A stretch of 64,000 nt of DNA from Lingula anatina (Eukaryota; Animalia; Brachiopoda): assembly GCA_051362555.1 (NCBI GenBank), contig CM120642.1, forward strand, positions 23,622,001-23,686,000, given 5' to 3'. Under the pieces are notes generated by a model. The model did no database searches. It was not told the DNA's origin and saw only the letters and a program-made list of their open reading frames with translations. The position numbers and the translations under genes are program-made. Of the stretch, positions 34,256 through 46,920 are shown in pieces. Each line of letters begins with the position of its first letter. The first letter of the stretch is position 1.

Positions 34256-36081
34256 TTACACTGTGACAGATGTTGAGAACAAGACATACATAATAGTGGT
34301 ACTCGCATTCTTGTGTGTTTCCAAGATGCACCATGTCTGGAAATTATGTTTTCAGCATCCACAGTGGCATATAGTTTCTAGACACCATGTTCTACAACAG
34401 TAACAGGGATCATTGACTGTTGATGTTATAGTGATTTGATTTGAATTCCTGTCTCCAAGAATAGTATTACATTATTTAACATTTCTTGACTTGAAATGGA
34501 TTTATAAATATTTGCCCTGGTACACATTGAACTGTGATAAGCCCACTCTTGTAATGTAAATATTTTAATAACAGTGAAAATCCATGTCATATACAAAGTG
34601 TTATTTGTATTTGTATTTACACAAAATCAGAGTTATCCTGGTGAAAAATTGATTTAAAAGCTCCCTTTTTTCTGTTAGCTAATTTCAGGTTTATTTTGCA
34701 TTTGGTATTGGCTAATGGTAGCCTTGAGAATGATATTTTTTGCATATTAGTTTGGGAGAATTAAGTGATTTGATCAATATTGGTGAACACCCTACAAAAT
34801 ATCTTTTTAAGTGAGTCAAATCTCGTATTATTAATTTTGATCTCTTAAATATGATAAGCAATTAGGAAGTTATTTGTCCATGGAAATATCTAAAGAAAAC
34901 CAATATGATATCTTTCTATTAATATTATTCACACAATGAATGGAGAAAAATCCAAGCAACTTAATAAATCCACGATCATTTATAAAACTGTGGCAGTCTT
35001 TTATGAAGCTGTCAGCTATGCTTTCATCGACCTGCTGTAAAGCATGCTCTGATGTATCCAAGTTCATTTATAAAGTGGTGGCAGCCTTTATAGAGCTGTC
35101 ATGTGTTTCCGTTGACCTGCTTTAACTGTGTGCTATGCTTTGCACAATATGTCAGAAAATGATGAAGTATGGTGGCGAAAGTGCACAGAGCAGAGGGTCA
35201 ACGCAGTTGAAACTCTCATGGTTTTTAATGGCAGTAATTGCTGATAGCTATGTGTACTTGAGCTAGTGATCAAAAGAAAAAATGAATGTAAAAGTAGTAT
35301 ATTTGTTTAATATGATGTATTTTTTCAGACTTGAGGTAACTCTTGTCTATCCCTTGGGCAATATCCAAGTATTAAGCTTCAAATATTTGTTTTTAATTAA
35401 CCCAATATCTATTTACATTAACTGCTTGACAGAGGTCTATTGATCAGACTATCATTGATATGCTTCCCAGTAGAGTGATCAGACAAAATGAGGTGAAAAA
35501 CAAAGATAAATACATGAAATTTAATATTGACATTGGTATTGATTAAATCCCATATGTTTCATTAAACCTTTTTTTCCAAAGCTATGATCCCCAGTGCCAA
35601 GGGAGTAAAATGAAAGCTTATCTCATTTTTGTGTTGATTAAAATATTAACTGTGCCTTAAAAGAATTTTTAGATACCCTGTTGTAGTAATTTCTATACCT
35701 AAAAAGTAAAGTATAAAGTTATGTCTAGGTTCTTATTTGCCACACACCACCACTTGTCAGTGTAGTTTACAATAGAGCACAATATGTCTGCCATATATTT
35801 TGCCCTGATTCAAACACTTGCTGTAGATGTTTTCACCTCCCTGTGGCAGATACAGCTTCATATGTTGATAGCAGTTGTTAAAATTCTTTGAAATAGAAAA
35901 TGACATTTTCCCTCTATTAAAGCCATTATTAAGTCACATGGAAGATCATGGATTGAGAGTTTAAGAAAAAATAAATCAGTGAATGTTTTACAACTTACTA
36001 GTGATTGAATACTAGTATTTGTATATATATATATAGAGAGAGAGTAACCACTGATAAAAAGAGTATCTTTTCTGTCTTCAG

Positions 36082-39000
36082 ATGGCTACTGCAACCAAAG
36101 AGACACGGGGTCTATCACCAAGTAAACATCCCCGTTTGGCCTCTCCTTTTTACCAGGATTTGATGAAAAAATACTCTCATGTCTTTGAAAAGCAACAGAG
36201 TCCAGATAGAATTAGGTCAAGGCCATCATCACGGGGACCACAGGGTGAGACTGCAGGGTCAAGGTTATTACATAGCAATGGTTCAGTTTCAGACCCTTTA
36301 AGGTCAAGGCCATCATCAAGGGGACCACAGGGTGACACAGCAGGGTCAAGGTTATCACATGATAATGAACTAATCATAAACAGTATTGGGTCCTCCTCGT
36401 CGTTAAATGGATCACAGGGTCGAGCCAGGTCAGAGAGCCAACAAAATTCTTCAAGCAATTCAAAGTCATGTCCATCAAGAATTGCTGCTGCTGCATCAAT
36501 TTCTCCAAAGACCTCACCATTGACAAAACTCTCCTTAATAGGGGATAGAACATTGGCAGCTCGGCCTTCAAGTGCCTGCAGTCTTCCATATAAATCAACT
36601 GATGATGTGGCTGGCCATTCTAGTGAATATGTTGGCCAAGTTGTGCCCAGGCCAGGTAGTGCCAGCATCTTTGAGAAAAATTCGTTCAAATCTCCAGAAC
36701 ACTCTCCCCACCGTTCTCCACTCACTGACTCCACAAACAAACCAATATTGAACTCCCCAGAGGGTCCGCATGATCATTCAGCCATCTCGTTAAAAGAAAA
36801 ATTAAGACGTAATTCTCAGACTCTTAAAGAGCTTCTTGATTCCCCATTGAAAACAAGACTAAGGAATTTATCCAAAGAAAGACCCCCAAGTAGAAAGACT
36901 GATCATGGAAATTCACAAAATTCTCAAAATTGCCAAATTAATGAAAGTGAAAATGAAATCTCATCTGAAGGAAGGACTTCCAAGTTACAGAATCTCAAAA
37001 GCAGATTGATTTCAAGAGAAGAGGGTTTACTGACTAGAAACAGTGAAGAGCCGAGAGGTCGGCCTAGGCAGAGACATGAATATAAGACAAGGTTGGCTAG
37101 CCCAGACTCTCATGATAGTGCTGTGGAAATTGATAATGGATCAGTTAATTCAAATCCATCATTAGATATTTCTCCATGTGAAAACCCATCCACAGAATCA
37201 TCCGGCAAATCTGGAAAACTGTCATCCCTATCACCAGGTGGTGCTAATGGTTTGATCAAGACGGACCAGCTTGAAGATCTGCTCTTGAAACAGGCTCTAC
37301 AGAATGACTTACAGAAATCAATAGCTGGGGAAGAGACAGTTGTCACTCAAAACAAAGGTTAGCTATTCTGTCAAGGTTCAAATTTTTAGTTTTTTTTTTG
37401 AGTAATTGGTATTTTATATTTTGTATATGAATGTTACAGATCTGAATGCTTTGAAACAATGAAATTTACATGATGTTTTTTAGATGTTCAGCTTAGATTC
37501 AAAATAATTTCAGTGTGTCCTGTTTCTTAAAAAGGTGCTTAGGACAAAGTTTTTCACTTTAACTTTCAGATTCAGATGCAGACTCTGGTATTGCTCAAGC
37601 CTATCAAAAGCCAAAGTTGCATTTGGTGCGAGGTGACTCTGTCTCATCAACCGAACAGGAGAGCTTGCTGTCTCCAAGACATGAATTAAGTGTGTAAGTA
37701 AAGACATATATGGCCCTGTATTTATATGTTAAATCCTATTCCATCTGTAGATGTTGAATACAGTAAGTAGAGGTTTTGCTTCAGCACAATGGAGAGCTAT
37801 CTGTTTAAAAAAAGGAGAGTTACTTTAGAATTTTTTTGAGAATTATATTAATTGCAAAAGCCACAGCTGAGATTAAGTTTAGTTTGATACAGTACACATT
37901 TTGATTAGATTTGTGTGCAGCAACAAAAAAAAAAGGAAAAAAATTAATTTTAGAAATTTTCATTTATCTGTTAGGTATACCCTATCCTTAACCATGTAGA
38001 AAAATAAATGTAATCTTGAAACCTGTTTTTGAGATCAAAGTGAAATTCACCATTTTTAACTCATAAACTGGTGTCTACATGGTTATTTTTTTAATGGTTT
38101 TGAATATTCTACACCCTAGTGATTAAGTGAGAATAGAAAAAATTTCCAGGAAAATTAAACTTTTTGTCATATAAAGGTTTTCTCCTCAATTCAAGATAAA
38201 TTGACAGTTGTTGTTTGTACCTAACAAACTGTTTATTTATTTATTTATCAGACTTTCTTTCATTTCTTTTCATATATCCAGCTTGTCACCCAAGATGTCT
38301 CCCGGGGTGAACATCTCCCTGGCCAAGAGTAACTTCAGGAACACACAGAAAACTTTGACCAGCCAAGGTGGCAGGTGTGGTCCTCTCAAGGCTGACCACA
38401 ACATACAGCTGGTCGTGTCATCAAAACACAGGGACAGGTAGGTTATCTCAACAAGTCCTATTGTGAATTGTCTTTTCGTTAAATAGCTGGACACTCATTG
38501 ACTTAGTCTTAATAGCATTTTGAACCATAATGGTGAGAAATTTGGGGAAAATTTTGATTTTTTATGGGAAACACAATGGCTTGATAAATTGAAGTTATCT
38601 AAACTTGACTCACTGGAGAATGTTGTCTTTTAGTCAGATAGCTTGGCAGTTCTTCACTAACCAGCATTTTATCTTGATTCGTTTAATGCATAAATATGAT
38701 GAAAATATGGAAACGTTTTATATTTTTATGAAGTTGTTCAGTATCAGGCTTAATATATGCAGGGGTGAGCCCAGTTTTACATGATTCTTTGTCCTTCATC
38801 ATCACAGTCTCCTTTATCAAAATAAAGTCCAGGTTTAGTTGTCATAATTGATTGTAGGTTAATTGTGACCTTTGTGTTCAGATAGAAAATTTTATATAGA
38901 TTTACAGGAACAGGACACCATGTTCATATAATCACATTCTTTAGCTCACATATCTCTGTTCACTTGATAAGTTTAATAACGTACATTGGAAAAAGTCAAA

Positions 39001-42000
39001 TGCTGTCATATTATTTCCATTTGATTGTTTTTCTGTTTAGTGCCATAGCAGAAGAAGCCTTGAGTGAAAAGCTGAAATGGTATCAACAAGGTGCTAGACC
39101 TAAAAACTCGACAGGTTTGTCTTTAGAATTTTCTGATCAGCGCCACCTTCAGGCAGCAGATTATGGTGATGATGAGCTTGATGACTCAGATCCAAGGTTA
39201 GGCATATCACATGATATTAGTCTTGAAACTGGAGGAGACCAGCAAACTTCCAGTGTGAGTTCCAAAGCTTCCATTCCACCTTCCCTCAATGGGTTGAGAC
39301 ACTCATTCACAGGCCAACAACAAGCAAGTCAGGGTAATTTCTGTGGAGAAATATCTCAAGAATTAACACTTAGTGGCAGCAATAGTTTGGACAGTTTATT
39401 ACCTGCCTCAAAACGAAAAAGATCTAGATCTGCAGATCGTCCTGCCAGTAGAAACAGGGATTCCACATTTAGTTATAGCTATGACAGTCCCAAAAGTAAC
39501 AGTGTAAGTGAAACTGAAGTGTCCCCAGGAGACAGAGGGAAGGATTCAGTCATGTCTGAAAAACTTCACTTATTCAATGGGCTCCCAGTGCATGATGGCC
39601 CACCCAAACCACCGCAGTACCCAGCCTTAGCTTCATCCGTGTCAGGAAAGTCAAAATCACAGTCTTATCTCCGCGAGCCACAGCCTCTAAATACAAGTCA
39701 AGGTCAGTTTAGGAAACATCACTCAGCGGGAGATTTATATGCCAAAACCAATGGACATCTAACAAATGGGCATGAGATTGATACTTATGGATGGATTGAT
39801 TCCCAACAGAGGAAACTTTTTGATGACTTGATGTCAAATCCACCTGTTGCTGATGATAAACTTGAAGAGAATCCCTCACATTTGGAACATTCATTTGACG
39901 AGGAAGTTTCCTACATATCAAGTAAAGGAAAAAAGATGAAAAGTATTTTAAAAAGAAAAAAAGGCAGTTATTCTCCCTCCAATGAAGATGATGCGGAGAG
40001 CAATATTTCTAGTCAAGATGTCACAACCCAGAACCGACCTCCGTCCAGGGCTCGGAGTGAGGGTGGTCAGCGCAGCAGGGAACCAAACAAAAATAACAGA
40101 CCCTCTTCAAGAGCAAGTGGAAGGCATAGCGTTAACTTTGATATGGAAAATTCCAGGGTTTATATTGATGAAAAGCCAGTTGGTAGAGACAACAAGAGGG
40201 ATACCCCACAGTTTCTCAGTCAGGCTCATGATAAGGCTAGACCTGGAAGTGCACAGGCTGCCCCTTTCGGTTCTCAGGCTCAAACCACCTTTTCTCCCAG
40301 TCTTCCTCAAAACACGACTCAGGCTTATCATATGTCTAGATCTAGGACTCCAAAATTAAAATCTGCCAATAAAACTGTTACCTTCCACCTTTCTCCAGAG
40401 ATGGCAGCACAGTCTGGACAGAGTCAAGAAGCTCTAGGTCCATCTCAGCCAGTTGGAGGCTTAGATATCAAGTATCTCCGGGAGTCCAGTGTAGATGATG
40501 GACAAGAAATAAAACCGCAGAACAGTCACTTCTTATCCAATGGATTCTCAGGAGAAGACCACGCAGAGAAATTATGGCTAGACCATAAAGATGGTGGTAC
40601 TAATGACTCAAGGTTATTCAGTGGTAGTGTACCTGCAGACAGTGTCCATGAGAGACCTTCATCAAGAGCAGACAAACAAAATCCACCACAAAATAAAAGA
40701 GAAGGGTTATCAACAGGCAAGGATTCCAGGGCACCACATTATGATACAGTAGAATATACCTGTCCCCCACATAGTGAAAACCCCACAAAATCCTCCAGTT
40801 CTGCTGCAAGAGTGACCCCAAGTGGCCTGTCTCTGTCAACAGAGGACGATCCTTATGAGACGGTGGAGGTTATCACTGACCTTAGCAATACATCAGCAGC
40901 AGCAGAGGAGAACAAAATGAATTCTTCCTTTGGTTTAAACAGCAAGGGCCAAGTAATGAGCAAACCACCAAGAAACCGTTCCAGACCAAATAGTGCCGAT
41001 ATCAGTAAAGAACATCATCCAAATCCTGAAGCTCCACCACCACAACCTGAGACTGGTGATGCCAATGTCAAACAGCCTAATGGTACCACTAGTGCCATCT
41101 ATGCTGTTGTTGACAAGTCAGCCAAGCTTCCAAGGAGTCGCACACCAGATAATGTGAGGAGTCGTACACCTGATCCTTTGCCTGTCAGTAACCCCTGCAT
41201 TGTAGTGGGAGGAGATGATGAGATTGAAGAACTTGACACACCAACTCTTCCAAGAAGGAGATATAGGAGGTAAGTGGGAAATTCATGAGAAACTGAATAA
41301 TCAGGCTAGTTATAGATGTAAGAATGAATCAGGCATGAGGTTTTTCGGACTGTCGGCAGATTTCCAAGTTTTTGGGAGCCAAAAATATCATTAGCCTAGG
41401 CCACCCCCTGGCCTCCACAATATATTCTCAGACTTTCTCACTAAATAGCAGTCTCTTCCCCAATGAATTATATGTGGCTCATGACTGTATGTCAGCCTCT
41501 CTTGTGTAAGAAGATATCATAACAGTATGCTGAATTCAATTTGATTTTTTATCAAAATGAGTAAGCAGTAACCAAAAAATTCAAACATAAATCATATTAT
41601 AATAACAATAATTCTAAATAATTACTAGAACAAAACCTATATGGTAACCTTTTCTACCTAATAATTTTTAATTTATATAATTCTTAACTATGAAAAGCTA
41701 ATATAATTTCATAGTTACAGTATTTTTTTAGTTGAAGTTGTCCATTATGTATTACAATATTATTGAAGTATTCTTTGTGAATTTTAGCAATCTGGAAGAG
41801 TCTAAGGAACTAAGTGGGTCAAGGTCATCTCTAATGGACCGTATGGAAGGTCTCAGGAGATCAGCAAAGAGCAAGTTTAAAGCAATAAAGAGGGCCATGA
41901 GCTTGGACAGGTAAGATCAGTTGGAAATTGTTCCTTCGTTAGAGAAATGTTACTTTTTGTGATGTATACAAAGTTTATAAAATTGGTTGATTTTGAAATG

Positions 42001-43868
42001 CCCTCTTCTAAGACAAAAATGCAGGTTTCAGTGATATGATTTGTCTTTTCATATTTGAGTACTCTCTTTAATCTATATTTGTTTTGTTCCTGTGTAATTT
42101 ATTTGGTCATTTTACTTACTTATACTAGAATAGAGATTTAGAATCTGGGATTTGCATCCAGAATTTTGTTAAAAGTTATCAAGTTGTGCTTCTTTACCAA
42201 TGCCAAACACCATGTAATCCAGTTATTTTATGATATCAATGTTGATCAAATCTGTTATTTTAAAAAATCATGCAAATTTTCTTTCTAGAATCAAATCACT
42301 TCTTAGAATTTCTGGCATCAAAGTGTAGGGATTGTTCGTGCAACTTTATTTATAAAATCTTATCAGTATTTGTATTTTTTATAATGAGTGTGTTACATAG
42401 ATTGAAACATTAAAACAAGACTCATCAAACTAACATTTATTTTTCTACTTCAGGATTGATAAGAGTAGAGAGTCCACTGATTCCAAGGAACCTGGAAAGG
42501 TGAAGGTCAAGAGAGCTCCGTCACTGCAATCTCTCAGGCTGAGCTTCAGTAAGAAAAAAGAGGACAGACCCAGTAACCAAGCAGTGGATATTGAGGTTCC
42601 AGTAAAAGACAAGTAAGAACATTAATGTCCTGTATAACACCATATAGACCAAGAATTGGCTTACACTTCACAATCAGTAGAGCTAATGCTGTCCCTAAGC
42701 TTCTTGCCCTCGGTAATCTTTTTCTCACATTATTCGGCTAACAGGTTTATCTTTTGCGTCACTGTTGTGAAGTACATAAGGTTTTTTTTTTTTTTTTTGA
42801 TAAAACAGCAAGACTTGCATAACGAAAGAAGACTTCATAGTATGATATTCTTGGTGTGTCCAAATTGAAAAAAAAAATTATCTCATGCTGACAGCAATAT
42901 GCAGCAGAGCACTCATCTTTCATTGAAGAATATCTCTTTTCATGAGAACAGTCAGTCAGAACATCTATTAGTAAATAATAATAAAAAAAAACATTTCCAG
43001 GAAATCCAAGAAAAGACCCTCCAGTGCCCAAACTCCCAAAAAGTCTTCCCAGCACCTGCGTCGTCACTCCATCGCCTCACCGGAGGAAGTGGAGAGCCCC
43101 ACACACGGGCGAGCCATAGGGCGCCTCCTGTCGGTCAACTCTAATGGGTCTCAGGTTATAGAGCTGATCAAACCACCACATGGACCCTTTGGTTTCTATA
43201 TTGCCAGAGGGAATGCCAAGTTTAAGCATGGTATGCTATATTTTGATAGGATTGAATATATATGTTGTTAATTTGTTCTATGTTATGAAAAATCTGTATA
43301 CTTTTTCTTTTTTTGGTAAAGGCAATTTTTTATCCTGGCAAGGGGATATGTGTTTGATCACTAATGCAGTAACTGACTGTAAATTGGTGAGGTTAAAGTA
43401 AGGAGAAAAATCAGGTTTTTACTCAGGTTTTGGTGTGCTACCTGCCATGTGTACTATTAATTTTATGATATTGTAAAGGTATTCAACTTTTTTGGGTCTT
43501 CACACTTTGAATAAAATTAGCATAGACTATTTTAGGAATGTAAAAGTATACAAATAGTGACCATTACGTCATGTCATTTACCAAACTATTTTGTCTGCAA
43601 GGGAATACATGGTTCACAGATCTAGCCCAAAGCCACAATGAATTAAGTTTATTTTCTTTGTGTTGTTCCAGGTATATTTATCTCCAGACTAAGTGACGGT
43701 TATCCTGAAAAGTTTTTTGCTGGTTTGCTTAGTGTGGGTGATGAGATTCTGGAAGTGGATACAAAACCCACCAAGGACCTTACCCTAGATGACCTCTACG
43801 ATTTCATGGCCACTAAGAAGAAATTGGTTCTGAAGACATTGCCTTTGTTAGCTAGGACTGACACTTAA
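36082..43868 (+). CDS. KIAA1614-like protein: long Ser/Pro/Arg-rich disordered region with C-terminal Par6-type PDZ domain, 8 coding exons, about 1497 aa
   Basis: Exons 36082-37357, 37570-37693, 38282-38437, 39041-41269, 41788-41910, 42454-42612, 43001-43230 and 43672-43868; GT-AG, phases consistent (4494 nt). PDZ: GRLLSVNSNGSQVIELIKPPHGPFGFYIARGNAKFKHGIFISRLSDGYPEKFFAGLLSVGDEILEV. KIAA1614 similarity is from memory of its C-terminus. Confidence 0.85.
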
Positions 43869-46800
43869 ATATATGGGAGTGAATGACATTTCATCTACTC
43901 TTAGTGAATTCATATTAGCAAGTAAGATTCACAATCATGTCTTGTCATGAATGAAATGAGCAATATTTTCATTGCTATTGTTTATGTCAAAGAAATGAAT
44001 TTCGATAAAAAAATTTCCCCAGTATCTGGTTGATTTTCTCAGCTGGTGTACTCTGGGTAGATCTTGAGATTATAACATAGGGTTGTGACTTTCACAATAT
44101 TTTGATACAGTATATTCACCCACTCTTGCATTCATTATTGTTAAACAAATGCCTTATAGTGCATATCATGTTTTTTTGTCCATGTTTTTGTCAGTGTTGT
44201 TTTTATTAAGGGACCAAATATTAAGCACAGTTTGCCATTCCACAGGTTTGTAGCTTATGCTAATAAGGGCAGTTTAGTTGTTTTCTCCTGCCTGATATTT
44301 AATGTTATATTTTACCAAGCCAGTTGGCTTTGTAAATTGATATTATTGCTTTTTTAAGATTTGCCAATAACTGACAAGGAAAACTATTAAAAGACCTATT
44401 TTGTCTCCTAGTTAATATTGAGGCATATTCCAAGGGTACAACTATAAAAGTTTTTTGAAAAAAGACAAATGTCGCCATTCTTTAGATTGATGATGTTGGT
44501 ACAATTTATGCACTGCTTTCCGTCCTGACTTTATACTCTTTGCACAGATCTATGCATTTCTCACTGTTAAGGATTTTGTTTTAAATTTTGTATAAATACA
44601 GTTGTTTACATGATCACCGTCCTATTTGTTCTATTTCTAGCACAAATATATTCAGTAGTGTTACTAGTGTGCATGTATTTTTATACAAGTGTTTTAATAT
44701 ATATATTGCTGTTAGTTTTATCACTTTATTCCACTGCCCATATTGTGTCAGCCTAATGTTGATGTTAACTATTAGTTATACTTGAACAGTGTAGGCAGAT
44801 CTTCGGGGGAAGGGGGGGAGATTTGTTTATTTATTGTTATTTTTAAAAATAATTATTATTATTTAGTTTTGATTATTTATTGCTTTGCTTGAATCAGTGT
44901 AATGCTTTGAGGCTATTTTATTGCCATCCCATATTTTGGACTGTTTATTAATCCTTTCTGTGGATTTCAAATACTTTTTTCAGTAGGTTGTGATTTTTTG
45001 TTGCTCTTTTCACTGGGTCCAAAGGTTTGAAATGTCACATATCACTTAAAAAACATTTCTTTTTTGATTTCTTTAAATGATTATTGTTGATTCTTCAGCT
45101 TGTTTGTACATTAAAGAAAAGAAGCAGTTCAGAGAGACATGTGCATGCTTCTCTAGATCTGCCCTTGCACAATACTTATTGAACCAAAGATCACAAAGTG
45201 CAAGTAACTGTATTACAATTCTGTCATATTTCTGTCCAGATTTTATATTTATGTCACTTTACTGGACTACTGTACAGTATCTAATTTAAAGAGTTTTATT
45301 ATTATTTATTTGTTAGTTTGTTCACTTATTTATTTATTTATTCATTGTTTATTTAGTGGGCATGCAGGGAATAATTTTAGCTTTTCTTTTGTGAATAGAA
45401 AATATGTGCTTTTAGAAATCACGTTAATTTCATGCAGAGCTTCCAGCCCTATCTGTTGCATTTAATATATTTGTAATATATATATCGTATTTTTAGATAA
45501 TTTACACGCTTAATAGTATTTTTATAGCCATTGTTGTGAGTTACAGTTGTGTCATTAGCTTTTTATGTCACAGTGTGCTTTTTCATATATTTCAAGAATT
45601 ATTACTGCATTTCACAACAGATTTATGTGGCCTGTTGTCAAATTGTATCTCAACTTGTGGGTTTTATTTTGTATGCATGCTTAATTTCTTGAACATTGTC
45701 ATCATTCACCATCCGGTCACAGTCTTGTCCTCCAGTGCAAATTGATTGCCGTCCCAGAATTTCGTCTATTTGTAAATGCCTATTGTGAATTTGTAAAGGC
45801 CTTATGGGAGGTTTTGATTTTATGTTACTCTTATTACTGGGTCCAATGTTTCAGAAAGTCACATACTACATGAAACCTCTCCAGAAAAATTCACCCTTTT
45901 CTTTTCTTGTTTAATATTCTGTATCTGTGGTCTTGGTTACCACTAATATGTTATACGTGACCAATGCAATTTCAATAATGCATCTGTTATAGTCATTAAA
46001 ATGCTACTTTTGTAGCCAGTAGATGAAATGTTAGCTTTACTTATATGATTAGGTTTATAGCAAAGAGATTTAATCAAATAGATCATTTATGCGTAGGAGA
46101 CATATATTTTTAATGTTTAAGTTATAAAGTACTTTCTCATAAATAGATGATTCCACTGTAAGCCTTCACTTAGTTGTTTAAACATTGTTTATTTTCATAT
46201 ACTGATATATAATATAGATTGTGTATTAATTTATAGATTCTTGTACATAAAAGCTTACAATGAAAACATATACAGTGTAGTGAGATAACAATTTCTTGCA
46301 TTACAATAGAGAAAGAAATAAGATACCAGTTGTACAAAAAATATATGTAATCTGTAAACACTCAATGAAATATTTACATCTGTACATTTAATATTTAGTT
46401 CAATGTGTCAGTAATAAGAGTGACTGATCTGTTTCAATAAACGTGCATATTCACATTTCTAAAAACAAATAAGTTCTTATATTTCAAATAAGCCCTACAC
46501 CGCGGTCGCCAATTTACAGTGTATGTACATTCAATCAAGGGGAAAGTTGTACGTAAGAAATGATTAAACGATTCATTATTGTGTGCAGTTGGCTTAGAAA
46601 CCAAAGTAACCATGACATTTTCAGTTTGCCCAGAACATTTTATAAATGCATTATTATTTTTTTACATCCAAAATTACTGACTCTCAACAAAAAGTATTTG
46701 CACAATATTATTCATTAAAAATAAGAGACCTATTACTTTATAAATGTCGCTCTTCCATACGTGAGGTATTCAGTGTTCTTCGTCGTTCTTAGGTTTTAAA

Positions 46801-46920
46801 CTATATGTTTTAAGTTTTTCGTTGCCGTCACTTCATGAATGTATTAATAACATGATCGTTAATTTCAAAAATTAAAGTATCGATAAAACGTTCAACGTCA
46901 AATTGGTGGCATTAACACTG

